Under the pieces are notes generated by a model. That model saw only the letters and a program-made list of their open reading frames with translations, was not told the origin of the DNA and searched no databases. Both the position numbers and the translations under genes were made by a program. Shown piece after piece: positions 12,010 to 26,580 of a DNA stretch of 64,000 bases (its first letter is position 1; the number at the start of each line of letters is the position of its first letter). This stretch comes from the human T2T-CHM13v2.0 reference genome, Homo sapiens, in assembly GCF_009914755.1 (NCBI RefSeq), contig NC_060934.1. One strand, 5' to 3'.

Positions 12010-12975
12010 GAATATCTTCATGTCCAAACCAAACTCATGACCTTCCCACCAAAACGTGGATCCCCTCACTGTCAGCCGTGAAGTGCCATAAGCCCAAAAT
12101 CTAGAAGTTGCCCAAACTCCTGCTTATCCCTCCAATTGTACATCAAAACCTCTTATTTACTTCTAGAATCCATTCACTTTTACCTTTACCATCGCCATTA
12201 CCTCAATTCTTTATTGCTTAAATTACTCTCATTATTCCCTAATTGGCCTACCTGTTACTTTTTACCCTCCCAGTGTTCAAGTTAATGTCCTAGCCCCCAC
12301 TCTACAGCCAGTGTGATCTTAAAATAAACAAATAAACAATTAGAATTTCTCTTTGTGTGATACCCATTTGTTTAAAATCCCTCTGTTTACAATATGCTCC
12401 TCTGTTTAAAACTCCATTTAAAACCCCTTAACGGGTTCCCTTTGAAGGATTTTAAACAGGGAGTCAAATCCTTAACACATCCTAAAGCTCCTGTATGATC
12501 TGGCCTCTGCCTAACCATCTCTCCAGCTCCATCTCAAGCCACCTCTTCTCTTTACTCTTTGTGTTCCAACCATTATGGCTTTCCAGATAGTTAAACATGT
12601 CATTCCCTTCTTCTCCACAGGGCTCTGGTCATACTGATCCCTCAATTTGGAATTATTTTCCCATTCTTTACCTCCTATATTCTTATCCTGGTTATTTCCT
12701 ACTCATTCTTCCAATCTCAATTCCAATGCCACTTCTGCCAGAAAGCCTTCCCAAACTCAGCACTTACAAATGCTTAACACAGCTTGTAATGATAAACTCA
12801 TTTTTTGTAATTAATTGATTAATGCATCTCTCCCCCAATAGATATGAAAATACTAGCAGGGAAGAGGAATAAATCTGCTTTTATTCACTGCTCTCCTCAC
12901 CCCCAGCATGTGGCATATGCCAGACACTCAGAAGCCTTCATAATTAAGTACTGAATCAGTTAGTGAATTAATTAC
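12010..12975 (+). mobile_element. L2 LINE 3' portion
   Basis: catgtccaaaccaaactcatga...tgatctggcctctgccta...ccagcatgtggcatatgccagacac; boundaries approximate. Confidence 0.7.
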
Positions 12976-13589
12976 TTGTTTTTATAAGAATACTGAGGAT
13001 TTTTAGATAGGCCTCCTTACAATCAAGGTTTTCTCGTCAGAGTTAGCAGTAGTTTGTGAAAGATACTGTCTTATCAAAGCTCATTTCTATATCGTTGGGT
13101 TATATACTATACTTATGCACTATAATCCGTATACATATAACTTGTACAACTGCAAAGTGTATAATATTTCACTGAAAAGATATCATATGAGGAAAAACAC
13201 CACTTCTATAGAACTATTTTGTAAAATAATTTTTAAAGACTCATAAATTATAAGTCATGATGACACATTTACCTACAGAAAATATTTCATCATTTGCATG
13301 AATAGCTTTAATATGCCACATGCTGATTTAAAATATCTTACTCTCTAAAAAAATATAACCTCCTTTAACATTTACCTTGTAAAAGAATCATTTTTTTTCT
13401 GAAAATGGGTAATCTACATTTGGTCCTGTCTTGAGGTTAGAAAAGACATTTGAAGTTAACAATTATTTGTAAGAACAACTATCGTCATGATGTCAACTAA
13501 TATTCCTCGTATTTCATTATTTTCCATTTGTGATTCAGCATCAATAATTCAGATAAAGCATATTTTTTAAGTGTCCTAGAGTATTATTT

Positions 13590-13745
13590 CTCAAATCTTA
13601 ATTTGCATAAGAATCTCCTAGAAGAGCTTGTTAAAATGTAGATTTTAATTATTTATGTCTAGGTGGGGCCTAAAATTCTCTATCACCCACAAGCTCCCAG
13701 GTGGTACTCACACAGCAGGTACACAGACCACAGTTTGAGTAGCAA
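13590..13745. mobile_element. MER5A-like hAT-Charlie MITE
   Basis: tctcaaa...agaatctcctagaagagcttgttaaaatgtagatt...ggtggggcc...caagctcccaggtg...gaccacagtttgagtagca. Confidence 0.75.
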
Positions 13746-14355
13746 GGATGTAGAGTAAGTGGAATACTCCAATCTAAATCCAACACTGTTCAGATACCCA
13801 GCATTTTCTGTTCTTTTGCTTTTGGCTTTGAGTTCTGGCACACAACTCTACACAATCCACTTAATGTTGTGAATGCCAAGAATCAAAAGTCAATTACCAC
13901 TTGGCAACATGTACAAACTTTCTGTTTTTAAAATATCAAAATCTATGCTGGAGTAGTAGCTGTAATATTAGGCAAAATCAGAGATGATATTATCAGGAGT
14001 AATTATAGTATTCTAAAACAAACTTCTAAAGATTGCCTCATCACCTAGGTCTGGACAGAAGTTTGACTAAAAGCCACTCTATTTAGGTAATCATCTTCTC
14101 TAGAAGTTTACAGAGATGTTGAAGTGTTTTCAATTATGGCTTTTTATTGGCCAGTAAAGTATGGGAGACAAAAAAATCTTAATAAATATGAACAGAAATC
14201 ACTTTGTTTTATAAATGTTGAAACTAAGTCAGAAACTTACCAAAATTAAATAGCTAGGTAATGATAGGGCTATGAGAATTAGGTTTGTAATCTATTTGTG
14301 TTGGATGTCCAATGGTAATCCACAGGTGTAATGAGGTTTTGGGGGGAGTAGGTTT

Positions 14356-14654
14356 TTGTTTCATTTTCTTGTTTGTTGTTTTAAGACAGAGTCTTCACTC
14401 TGTCACCCAGACTGGAGTGCAATGATCACAGCTCACTGCAGCCTCGACCTTCCCAGGTGCAGGTGATCCTCCCACCTTAGCCTCCTGAGTAGCTGGGACT
14501 ACAGGTGCACATCACCACACCCAGAAAATTTTTTTCTATTTTTTATAGAGATGGGCTTGTGCTATGTTGCCAGGCTGATGCTGAACTTCTGGGCTCAAGT
14601 GATCTGCCCACCTCGGCCTCCCAAACTGTTAGGATTACAGGCATGAGCCACTGC
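14356..14654 (-). mobile_element. Alu (AluJ-type)
   Basis: gatcacagctcactgcagcctcgacct and gggctcaagtgatctgccc are AluJ-like. Confidence 0.9.
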
Positions 14655-15496
14655 AACTTTATATCCTGAAATTCCTACCATGAAACTGGCTTCCAATATT
14701 TTTTTTTTGCTTAAAGTAAACTTGTCTAAATAATATTTACCTACTTGTCCAGTATCTATTATACACCAGGAACTATGCTATTCCTCTGTATAGGTATTTT
14801 ATCTAGTTTAGTAGCCACTCTGAAATTGAATATTATTATTTACCTTTATAGTCAGATAAATTACAATGTTTTCATAAGTGGTGGAGTTCACATTCATTAC
14901 ACTTTACTATACACTATGTATTTGAAATGTTTATAAGTATTTTTAAACATTTTATTGTAACTTTTTTTTAACTTGAGCTGTTATTGAGATGTCTCTTAAA
15001 TAGACTTATGATATCTGCTGCATTGTTGTGTCAGTACAGTCATAATTCTGCAACTACATAAAGAACAATTCTATTTATTCCTTGTACTGGGATCACACCC
15101 TTGGCCTTTCTCCATACTGGAATTATATCAGCTTGGTTTTCTCATTAGCTATTAGTCACAAATATAGCAATACACAAGCAAATTTGGAATTTTGAGTCAC
15201 TGAATTCAAACTTTTCCACTCACCTTCTGCTGAGGCTTCCACTTAATTACAGACTAGTACGTTTTAATACTAAGCATTTAAGATTAAATTACCTGGCCAG
15301 AAATAGATCCTGAAAAGGCTGGTTAAAGCAGAACTAGGGCATGGTTTAGACAGACACAGAGGCAACATGAAAAGAAAATTCAAAATGTAAATAAGACCCC
15401 ACAAAACTCGAGTAAGATGCTTCAAATGTGGGGCCTTAAACAACCACCATCCTTTACGTAACAAGTTGGGAAAATGTCATAGATAAAAATCAAGTA

Positions 15497-17919
15497 CAGG
15501 AATACCTCAAAGATATTCGGGTTCAGTTCCATACCAACACAGTAAAAGAAATACTGCAATAAAGCAAGTCACATGGGTTTTTTGGTTTCTCAATGCATAT
15601 AAAAGTTAAGTTTACACAATACTTTAGCCTCTTAAGTATGCAACAGCACTCTACCACACTATAGTCTCTTAAGTGTGCAACAGCATTATATCTAAAAAAT
15701 GTACATACCTTAATTTAAACATATTTATTGCTAAAAAATGCTAACAGCCATATGAGCCTTCAGCAAGTCAAAACCTTTTTTGCTGATGGAGGGTCTTGCC
15801 TCAATGTTGATGGCTGCTGACTGATCAGGGTGGTGGTTGCTGAAGGTTGGGTGGCCATAGCAGCTTCTGAATATAAGATAACTAGGAAGTCTCCTGCATC
15901 AATTGACTCTTCCTTTCAAGAAAGAGTTCCCTGTAGATATTTGAGAGTTTTTTACTAGCGGTAGAACATCTTTCAGAACTGGAGTCAATCCTCTCAAACC
16001 ATGTGTCTGCTTTACCAATCAGTGTTGTAAGACATTCTAAATCCTTTTTTGTCATTTCCACAGTGTTCAAAGCATCTCCACCAGGACTCGATTGCATCTC
16101 ACAAAACAACTTCCTTTGTTCATTCATGAGAAGCAACTCCTCATCTGTCAAAGTTTTATCCTAAGATTGTTATAATTCAGTCACATCTTCAGGCTCTACT
16201 TCTAATTCTAGTTTTCTTGCTATTTCCACCACATCCTCAGTTACTTTCACCATTGAAGTCTTGAAGCCCTTGAACTCATCCATGAGGTTTGGAATCAACT
16301 TCTTCCAAATGCCTAATATAATGTTGATATTTTGACCTCCTCTCATGAATCATGAATGTTCTTAATGGCATCTAAAATAGTGAATCCATTCCAGAAAGTT
16401 TTCAATTAACTTTGCCCAGATGACCAGAGTTATTATCCATGGTAGTTATAGCCTTATGAAATATATTTATTAAATAGTAAGACTTGAAATTCAAAATTAC
16501 TCCTTGATCCATGGGTTACAGAATGGATGTTGTGTTACCAGGCATGAAAACAACATTCATCACCTTGTAAATCTCTAACAGAGTTCTTGGGTGACTAGAT
16601 GCTTTGTTAACAGTAATAATTTGAAAAGGAATCTTTTTCTGAGCTTCAGGTGTCAATAGTGAGCTTAAAATGTTCAGTAAACGGCAACATAAACACATTT
16701 GCTGTCATCTAGGCTTTGTTGTTCCATTTACAGAATACAGGCAGAGTAGGCTTAGCATAATTCTTCAGGGCCCTAGGATTTTTGGAATGGTAAACGAGCA
16801 CTGGTTTCAACTTAAAGTCACCAGCTGCTCTAGCCACCAACAACAGAGTGAGCTTGTCCTTTGAAGATTTGAAGCCAGGCATTGACTACTCCTCTTTAGC
16901 TATGAAAGTCCTAGAAGGCGTCTTCTTCCATGAGACTATTTTGTCTACATTGAAAATATGTTGTTAAGTGTAACTGCTTCATCAACGATCTTAGCTATTA
17001 TCTTCTGGATAACTTGCTGCACCTTCTACATTAGCACTTGCTGCTTCACCTGGCATTTTCATGTTATGAAGCTGGCTTCTTTCCTTAGACCTCATGAACC
17101 AACTTTTGCTACCTTCCAACTTTTCTTCTGCAGCATCCTCACATTTCTCAGCTTTCATAAAATCAGACAGTTAGGGCCTTGCAGTAGATTAGGCTTTAGC
17201 TTATGGGAATGTTGTGGCTGGTTTGATCTTTTAGCCAGACCTCTAAAACTGTCCTCATATCAGCAATAAGGTTGTTTTGCTTTCTCATCATTCATGTGTT
17301 CACTGGAGCAGAACTGGAAGAGTTCCTACAAGAACATTTCCTTTGCATGCACAACTTGGCTAACTGGTGAAAAAGGCCTAGCGTTTGGCCTGTCTTGGCT
17401 TTTGATATGTTATCCCCACTAAGCTTCATCATTTCTAGCTTTTGATTTAAAGAAACAGATGTTTTACTCCTCCTTTCACTTGAACACTTAAAGGCCACTG
17501 CATGGTTATTAATTGACCTAATTTCAGTATTTCTGTGTCTCAGGGAACAGCAAGCCTCCAGGAGAAGGACAGAGATTGGGGAACACCAGTTGGAAGAGCA
17601 GTCAGAATACACACCCTTATCAATTAATTTACCCATCTTATATGGGTGCAGTTTGTGGCCCCCTAAGACAATAACAATAGTAAAATAAAAGATCGCTGAT
17701 CACAGACCACTGTAACAGATATAAAAATAATTTAAAAATTTAAAATATTAAAAGAATTACCAAAATATGAAACAGAGGCATGAAACGAGTTTATGCTGTT
17801 GGAAAAAATAGTACTTGCCTAAAGCAGGATTTCCACAAACCTTCGATTTGTAAAAACCACCATATCTCCAAAGTGCAATAAAGTGAAACTCAATATAAGC
17901 TCAAAATAAATTATGCCTG
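15497..17919 (-). mobile_element. Full-length Tigger1 (TcMar-pogo) DNA transposon with decayed transposase
   Basis: TA|caggaatacctc...ttatgcctg|TA terminal inverted repeats with TA TSD; about 2.42 kb; minus-strand ORF fragment KCSSERRSKTSVSLNQKLEMMKLS matches the Tigger1 transposase N-terminus. Confidence 0.93.
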
Positions 17920-20319
17920 TATGAATGCAAATCTAAAAGAGAGCAGTCAGAAAGACCAAGTAGGTATTAACAAATAATGAATAAATCAATAAGTGAATAT
18001 ATGAAATAAACCTCAGCTGTGTCCAAAAGCACAAAAGCTTCTGAAATTATAAGCCATGTAACAAACTAAAACTGATCTCAGCAAGATGATCTAGTGATCA
18101 CTCCAGCGGAATATCAATGCTTTAGCCTAGTACACACATGTTCTGAGCTGTGAAGGTTTTTCATTATTATTATTTTTATCCTTCGTAATTATCTTTCAGT
18201 TTATATTTCTAGCCTTGAAACACATAAGTTATTCTTTGCATTTAGAGCCTATTAACACAATTTCAAGAAGAAAACTACAATAAGCAGGGCTTGTAAATTT
18301 GTTTTTTTTTTCCTACTGAAAAGCAAAGAGAAGTCGATTTGTTGACAACAAAAGTGCCTCAAGTGATTATGTTTTCTTTATTTATTCTCAGTGTTTATTC
18401 CCAATTCCTCAGTCCCAACTAAAGGTCTACTACAGAGAGTACATATTTCTTAAATCTGGAAAATAATTTAAATACATCAACTAACACTTGCATGGTGCAA
18501 AATACCTTCAGCTAGTTGATGCCAATGTGGTACTTAAACTATGGTTCCCAAGATGGCAATCCTACATTTCCACCACACTAGCAGCCCCACAAGATAGAGT
18601 TCACTGCCTCAATGAGTTCAAAAGTAAGAAAAAAAAAAAAAAAAAACCCACATTTAAATACTAACACTATTGTGCATGAATAAATGGCAAAACAAAGGAA
18701 ACTAAGTGCTTTCCAATGGTTTAACCAAGAACCATTCAATGTCCCTTTTTCTGTTCCTCCTTAATAACTTTTTCCCTAGGTGAAGGTTGAAAAGAACAGT
18801 GCCATTATGACTTCGAATTTGGTGCAAAGCCAGTAACACATATTGATACTGTCAGTAGCTGTGCACGTGATTTTGCTGTTTTTAAAGGAGAGCTACATTT
18901 TAAAAACCGAGGTTGGAGCTTGCTCTCTCTAAAGTGTCTGTGATTGTCCTTGCCCTAGACCTCAGGTTACTTATTTCATCTCTATTTGAAGAGACAGAGG
19001 CAGGGTTGTTCCTCAGTCAATTTTTTTTTCAGTCTACAAATCAAGTTAAGCTCAAAATTAACATAACAATTATTTGGGCATGTAAAATATGATGAATTCC
19101 TATTTCCTATCTCATTTAACATTCCTTCCAATTTCATAATGTCAATAAACCAGGGACTAAAGCCCTTGTAAATTATTATAAATTTCTCCATATATGCATC
19201 CAGATTGGCCTTTGACAATATCTTACCACAAGGAGACTATTTTCATTATACACTCTATCTACTTTCTTCATGATATGTCTTACAATTAGCTCAGCAGAGC
19301 TATCCACTTACAGGTTGGAACTTTAAAAAATTGCTCAAGTCTCCATGAATTAAATGAAGATTTAGATGAAATTCAATGAAGATCAAAAGCTTAGAAGTGC
19401 CAAATCTCATTTAGCTAACACATATTATTCAGTCTCCTCTAAGTGTTTACTAAAATACCCATGGAAACATATTTTAAGTTGAAAATTGATAACAATATTA
19501 TTACTAATATTTATAACAATATCTTGCAGTTAATATATTTAGAACTATTAACCTGTTTAGATTTATTAACTATTAATAGGATAAGGATAGCTTAAAAAAA
19601 GTTAATTGATTTAAAGTTTCTGTAAAGAAAGATACTAGGCAAATTATAGCACAGGTGGTGTTTAAAGGTGGAAAAAAATTGTGAAAATGGTGTAAAAGTG
19701 ATGGAAGTTTGGGAAACTCTGGAGTTTATTGCCAATGCCACTATTTTAGTTAGGTAAATGGCTGTATAACTCAATTCAGATCAATCTTAGTTCTTTCGAC
19801 ATCTAATTGGAAACTCCAAATCCCAGAAAAAAAAAATGGGTAGAAAAGAGAAGAACTTGGAAATAGTGCATTGAATTCTAGGAGTTGAGGTGCATACAGG
19901 TAAACTTTGATTAGTGAAGTGATGAAAAAATGATTCTAGTATCAGTATATAGTGAGTATTGGAGTCTTTTCACCATGTACGTTACCTGTTCAAGTCTCCA
20001 AGGTAGAGGTAAAAAGTAACATTTCAGTCCTATTGAGATATATGAGATAAAAGACATATGAGATAAAAACCTGCTAGACAACTACAATTTTTCTATAAAC
20101 CTTATGCATCAATCTGTCATCATCTATAGAACTGAAGGGTGATTCGGCCAGCATACAAGTAAAGAGAGTATAATTCAAAGTAATATATATGTACTGTTTC
20201 TTGGTAAACACCAAACTATGAGAGAGCTTTCTTTGCATGTAGAGTAAAAAGGAAAAGAAAAAACCGCATGGCTTAAAAATTACAAATGGGACCTAACCCA
20301 AGCTTTGACAGAATCAAAA

Positions 20320-23300
20320 TGATCTGCCAGTGACTTAATTCACTGTCAGAACAAACCTCAACACTCCTGAAATGAAATTAAAACAATCCAGAGCTTCTAC
20401 AATATATGATCCACTGTGAATAGCTTACAATAAAAAATAAATAGTCATGTAAAGGAGTATAAAAGTGTGACTAATAAAAACTAAAATAGACAATACATAT
20501 AGGCCCAGACATTTTCTAAATAATGAAGTTAACGGACAAGGACTTCAAAAGAGCTGTAATTAATATTTCAATAAAAATGAGTAATAGAGAGACAAAATGT
20601 ATGAAAACATACAGTATTTCCACAGAAAATTAGAATTAATCATTTATGAGATAGATATTTTAAAACTGAAAAATAGAATATCTGAAGTTAAGAACTTATT
20701 ATTGGACAGAACTAACAGTACTGGACATAGAAGAATACAAAATTAGTAAATCTGAAGAAAAGTCAATGAAAAATATTTAAACTGAAGCATTGTGGTGAGG
20801 AGAGGGAAGAAGGTAGAGACAAGCATTAGAGAAATGTGGGACACGGTCAAAACATTTAACACAAGTTTAATAGGAATCCCAAAAGGAGAGTGTAGAGAAA
20901 ATGAAACTGAAAGCAGTATTTGAAGAAATAATGGCTGATAATTTTCCACACCCGAAGAAAGGAAAAAGCACACAGATTCAAAAATCTCAGTGAGCCCCAA
21001 CTAGGATAAATTCAAAGGAAACAGAACTAAGAACATTCTAGTGCAATTATTCTAAAGCAGTGATAAAGATAAAATCTTAAAAGCAGCCAGAGAAAAAGAC
21101 AATTACCTTTATGGAAATAATAATATAAATGTTGAACACCTTTAAAGTACTTAAAGAAAAAAAAAATCCTGCCAACCAAGAATTCAATGGCCAGAGAAAA
21201 TACCTTTCAAAAATAAGAGAAAAAGTCATTCTAAGATAAAAGTTCAGAGAATTAGTTCTAGATATCACACATTATAGAAAATACTAAACAAAGGTCTTTA
21301 AGTAAGGTTGAATCATCAGTGTTTTTGATGGTATACAGCACAATTTGGATACAAAAACACATGTACAAATCAAAAAGACATTTAGAAGAATTAGATTGAA
21401 TATAAATCATTCTAGTAATAATTTAACCCATGTACTCTGCTTATATTTTCCTCTTTGTTATATATACAACACTAATAAATGATAACACAATATGTTCAAT
21501 TACTCAAAAGAACTCTTTTGATAAATTAATATCAAAAGCCTAAGTGATTAGAAGATGCTTATTTGGCAGTGTTTTATTTTCTTTCTTAGTGGTATTTCAG
21601 TTAATGATCTAGTTTATCCATGGAATTATAGGTTTTATAAAATACAGCAATACTTTAAAAATCAAGGCAGCAGAATTGAAAAATTCAATAACACTTCTTT
21701 AGATAAAAAACAATGAAACAGGCAAATATTTGAGACACTTATCTATGAAAAAAATACATAAACAAAATAAGGCAAAAGAAACTGATGAGATAAATAAAAT
21801 ATAGAAATTTTCAAATATTCCTAATAAATTTGAAGGTATTGAAATTTAAAAATGTCTACAAGAATATAACACAATTTTCTCATTAAAAAGTAGATAACAA
21901 TCAGGAAACTACAACTATATAGGAACTATATAAAGACATGAATAAAGAGATTTTGAAGTTACCCCCATTAAGTCCTTCATAACTTTAATCCTACGTAGAT
22001 TTATACATTGTCTTACAAGTATTTTTATTTGCTGAAACAAATAAAAATGGAAAAGCTTCCCCATTCATCCTACTTGCTAGCATAAGCCTATTCAAGAAAA
22101 CTTGACAAAAATGGCACCAACACAACAACAAAAGATATCGTAAGTCTTATTTATGAAAACAGATGAAAAACATTCCTAAACAAAATATAATCTTTCACAT
22201 ACAAAAAAAAATTCCAGACTTAACTGGCTCCACTAGTTAATTCTATCCAAAATTTAAAGAAGTCATACTAATCTTATGCAAAATCTCTGAAAAAATATAG
22301 AAAGGAGCACTAAGTTGTTCTCCACACCTCTATTCAATAATAAGCTGGAGGTCTTAGTCAATCCAATGAGGCAAGGCAAAAATATTAGGGGGAAATAAAT
22401 ATAAAGTACAAAGAAAAAATGTCTCACACATCGTGATTTACAGACAACAAAATAAAATCACGTGAAATTAATCATCAAAGTATTATAACTAGTAAGTTAG
22501 CCAGATCACAGGCTACAAGTTCAACAATAAATTATATTTTTATATAATAAAAATAAGCAAACGGATAATGGAATTTACAGACAACAAAGTAAAATCATGT
22601 GAAATTAATCTTCAAAATATTATAACTAGTAAGTTTAGCCAGATCATAGGCTGCAAGGTCAACATTAAATTATATTTTTATACAACACCAATAAGCAAAT
22701 GGATAATTGAATTTAAACATAATGCTATTTGAAACAGCATCAAAAGTTATAAAATACACAAAGGTAAATGTAATAAAAAGTTTAAAACTTTACTCTGAAA
22801 ACTATGAAATATTTTTGAGACAAAGTAAAGCAGTCAAATAAATAGATCCCTATGCCCTATGCATGTATTGAAAATGTAAATATTGTTACGTTTTCCAATC
22901 TGCCAAGATTAATCAATGGATTCATTACAATCACAATTAAAATCCAGCAGGCTTTTATTTCAGAAATTGACAAGCCAATTCTAATTTTATGTGGAAATGC
23001 AAAGAATCTAGGATGGACAAAAGAATCTCAAAAGAGAATAAAGTGAAAGAATAATAGAACCTGATTTCAAGACTTCCTATAAAACTACAGTAATTAAGAA
23101 AATTTCCTATTAGCAAAAGTATAAATAAGTACATCAATGAAAGAGAAGATAATCCAGAAAGAGATTCATATTTACATGGTTAATAAATATTTACAAAGCC
23201 TTCAGAGAAATTAATAGGAAAAAATAAGTCTTCAATATGTGGTGCTAGAAAAACTAGATAACCATATTTTTTAAATGAACCTCAGTCCCTTTTTAATACC

Positions 23301-24340
23301 ACAAACAAAAATTAGTTTAAAACTGTCCATAACTGTAACACCTAGGAGCAAAGAGCTTCTTGAAGAAAACATAACATGTTTACAGTATTGGAGAGGGCAA
23401 AGATTTTTTGGATATGATAAAGAACTACTTAAAAATGACAAATTAAATTACTTATAGAAAGATAAGAATATGAATAAGCATGACACAAATTGAGAAATAT
23501 TATTCACAATGCATATATCTAACAATGGACTTGTAAGCAGAATATATAACTTACTCTTTCAACACATTAATAGGACAAATAAAAACCATAAAAAGAAGAT
23601 ATGCAAATGACCAATAAACACATGAAAAATTACTCAACATCAAATATCATTACAGAACTGAATACCATCTCAACACCCACTAGAATGGCTAAAATTAAAA
23701 AGACTGACCGTACCAAATGTTGGCAAGGATGTGGAACAATTTGGAACTCTCTTACATTGCTGGTGGGAGTGTTAGATGGTACCACGTCTTTGAAAAAAGA
23801 TTTGTCAATTCTTACAGGAATAAATACATGTGTATAGCCAGATAATTCTACCCAGCATGTGTCCAAGAATATTAAAATATATATCAAAAAGAATTGTACA
23901 AAAATATTCATAGCCATCTGAATCATAATAGCCCCAAACCGAAAAAAAAAAACCCTCAAATGCCCTTCAGCATGAGAATGGATACATTTGCTGTATATTC
24001 ATTCAAAACAATACTAGCCAATTATTAAAATGTTCCAACGATTGATATAGCCACGAATGTGGAGGAATTTAAAATCTTTTTCTCAATGAGAGAAGACTTA
24101 CACATCTAGATAAATCTCTAAATGGGTAAAACTGATTTATGTTCAAAGAAATCTGAACCTTGATCATCTGAGGGGTTGTGGTGTATAAGATTTGACTGTA
24201 AGGGGGCCCCAGTGAACTTAATGGTATATCGGAAATATTCATTTTTTTTTAGAAATATGAGTTACACCCATGTACATATTTTTCAAAACACGTCAAACTG
24301 TAACATTTAAGATCTCTGCATTTAATTTAAACATATTTCA
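20320..24340 (+). mobile_element. Old LINE-1 (L1M-type): ORF1, ORF2 and 3' remnants
   Basis: ORF1-like gaagaaataatggctgataattttcca; ORF2-like TPTRMAKIKKTDRTKCWQGCG; multiple stops and deletions. Confidence 0.85.
22436..22710 (+). repeat. 137-bp tandem duplication (2 copies) within L1
   Basis: Units 22436-22572 and 22573-22710 both start atttacagacaacaaa. Confidence 0.9.
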
Positions 24341-24809
24341 ATTTCAAAAATGCAAAGGTGTTGCATCGTTTTTATCTTCTTACAATAGATAATTTACTTT
24401 TTATTTTCAGGCAGGGCAATTATTAATCCATTTGGTTTGGTTCTGGATTTGTGTCTCTTTTCCTACCTCTAACTCTCATATTTTACAATCCGCCGTCATC
24501 AACTACTTACAATTCCCCAAACTTACATTAGCACATGAATTCTGTTTGCTTGGAATGTCCTTTTCCTCTTTCTCCACCTACACAACTCTCACTTCGAATT
24601 TCTGAGACTCCGCAGAGACCTCACTTCCTTTCCAAAGTCCTTCCTTCTCTCAGGCAAAGTTAATACCTCCCACCTCTGTTCAATTCTGCACTGCATACCA
24701 GCATTTATCACTACACATTGTATATTTTGAGAGTTTATTTGCATGTCTCTCACCATATACAGTCCTTAAGGGTACAGACCATAGCTACAGATCCTACAAT
24801 CTATAAAGC

Positions 24810-25050
24810 AACAATAACAACATGAACCATTTATTGAATAGACACTTATTGCAGGCAGAGACAAGCACCTTGCATAAATATCTCATTTAATTTTCACCAT
24901 AATCCCCATTTTACAGATGAGCAACTGAAGCATAGAGAAGTTTATTGCCCATCAATAATCACAAAGCTAGTGTACTGAATAAAGTTAATTTTAAGCTTTT
25001 AATTTTCAGCTCTTTCTGATTCCAAAATCCATTCTCTTAATCACTAAGTA
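24810..25050 (-). mobile_element. MIR SINE
   Basis: atccccattttacagatgagcaactgaagcatagagaagt. Confidence 0.75.
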
Positions 25051-26018
25051 GGATTAACTACCTCTTAAATCTTCCATTTAAAAACAAAATAGGCATGAAT
25101 AATGATTGCATTTAACTTGCCAACAATTTTTTGCCTTCATTATGACACTGATATACAAACTAAAGCAGTTACAATTAAAAGATGCCAGTTGTTTTTTTTT
25201 TTTTTAATTTAAGCAGTGGTGTGCATGTATTGTTTTTGGTTTTCATCTGTTGCCACTGACATTTGTGAATATGATCAGACAAAAGTGTATTTTTTTTACC
25301 TCTACTAGGTGTCTAGTTTATTGTTTTTCCCCAGAATACTGCCTACTATAATTGGCTCTGTGTATGACACCTATCTGTCTGTGGTTCACCCCCTGAAAAA
25401 GAAATAATATATTTCAAGCTCTTAAACTGGTTTCCAGAATACTGAAACTTGACCAACCCAAAACTTGCTGGTTTTATGTTTCAAGCAGTTAGTCTAGGTT
25501 TTATATATTGTTTTATTTTGTTTATTAAATCGTTTGGCTTTGTGACATTGGCCCTGGTCTCTCCAGCTGCCCCAGTGCCTCATTAGTGAACTCCAGCATC
25601 ATCCCTACATCCGCGCATCTGTATCCTTGCTCAGTGTCACTTCTGGAAAAACTCTCTGTTCTGCTTTCCTAATGATAAGAACGATACCTCAAACCCTCTC
25701 TCCTGCACCCCACATGTCCCTTATTTGCCTTTTATGTCTACAATATACACTTTATTTTGCCTTTTTTCTTTGAACAATCTCTGAGAAGACTAGTGAAAAG
25801 ATGATCCTTCCTTTCCTAAAATACTAGTTGGAGAATATAATGGCACTATTTTTTCTAAAGGGGTACTGACTAGATGAACGTTTATTAAACACCTGTAACA
25901 TAAAATCTATATTGCTCTCCCTAGTTATTTTCAGACCTAATCCCGTTGCATTGTAGTTGTCATTAAAGCTCAATTTTTAGAGATTTTATGGAGTTAGAAA
26001 TTGGCTCTATTTAGCTCC

Positions 26019-26580
26019 TGTTTAGAAAAGAGTTAACATAGCAGGAGTGAGGCTCCTTTTCTTATAAAGGCATGTTTGCAAGGCTGGCCCTTGACTGGAA
26101 CTTGGGAGCTTGAAGAGTAAACAGTTTCTATATTGATACAAAATTTTCCCCAATTGATAAGAGTAGTTCACAGTGCCTAAATGTTTGTGCAAATAATATG
26201 CTTTATGTTGAATACCTATTTTCCTACCTGACTTATGTATGTGCTCAGCAGAGGGTGATTACATGATTAGCTCCCAATAGAAACTTTGGACTTCTGTGCT
26301 CAGCCAAGATTCCCTGGTGATAACATTTCACACGTGTCGTCACAATTTGTTGCTGGAGGAATTAAACATGTCCTGTATGACTCCACTGGGAGATGACCTC
26401 TGGAAGCTTGAGACTGGATTCTTCTAATCTTTGTCACTTTCATCTTTTCCCTTTGCTGAGTTTGCTTTGTGTCTCTTTGCTATAATAAATCATAGCCGTG
26501 TGTACAACTATATGCTGAGTCCTGTGAGTCCTCCTTGCAAATCATCAAACCTAGGAGCAGTCTTAGGGACTCCTGACACA
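26019..26580 (+). mobile_element. MER21-like solo LTR
   Basis: tg...agaaaagagttaacatagcagg start; aataaa; end gtcttagggactcctgacaca. Confidence 0.8.
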
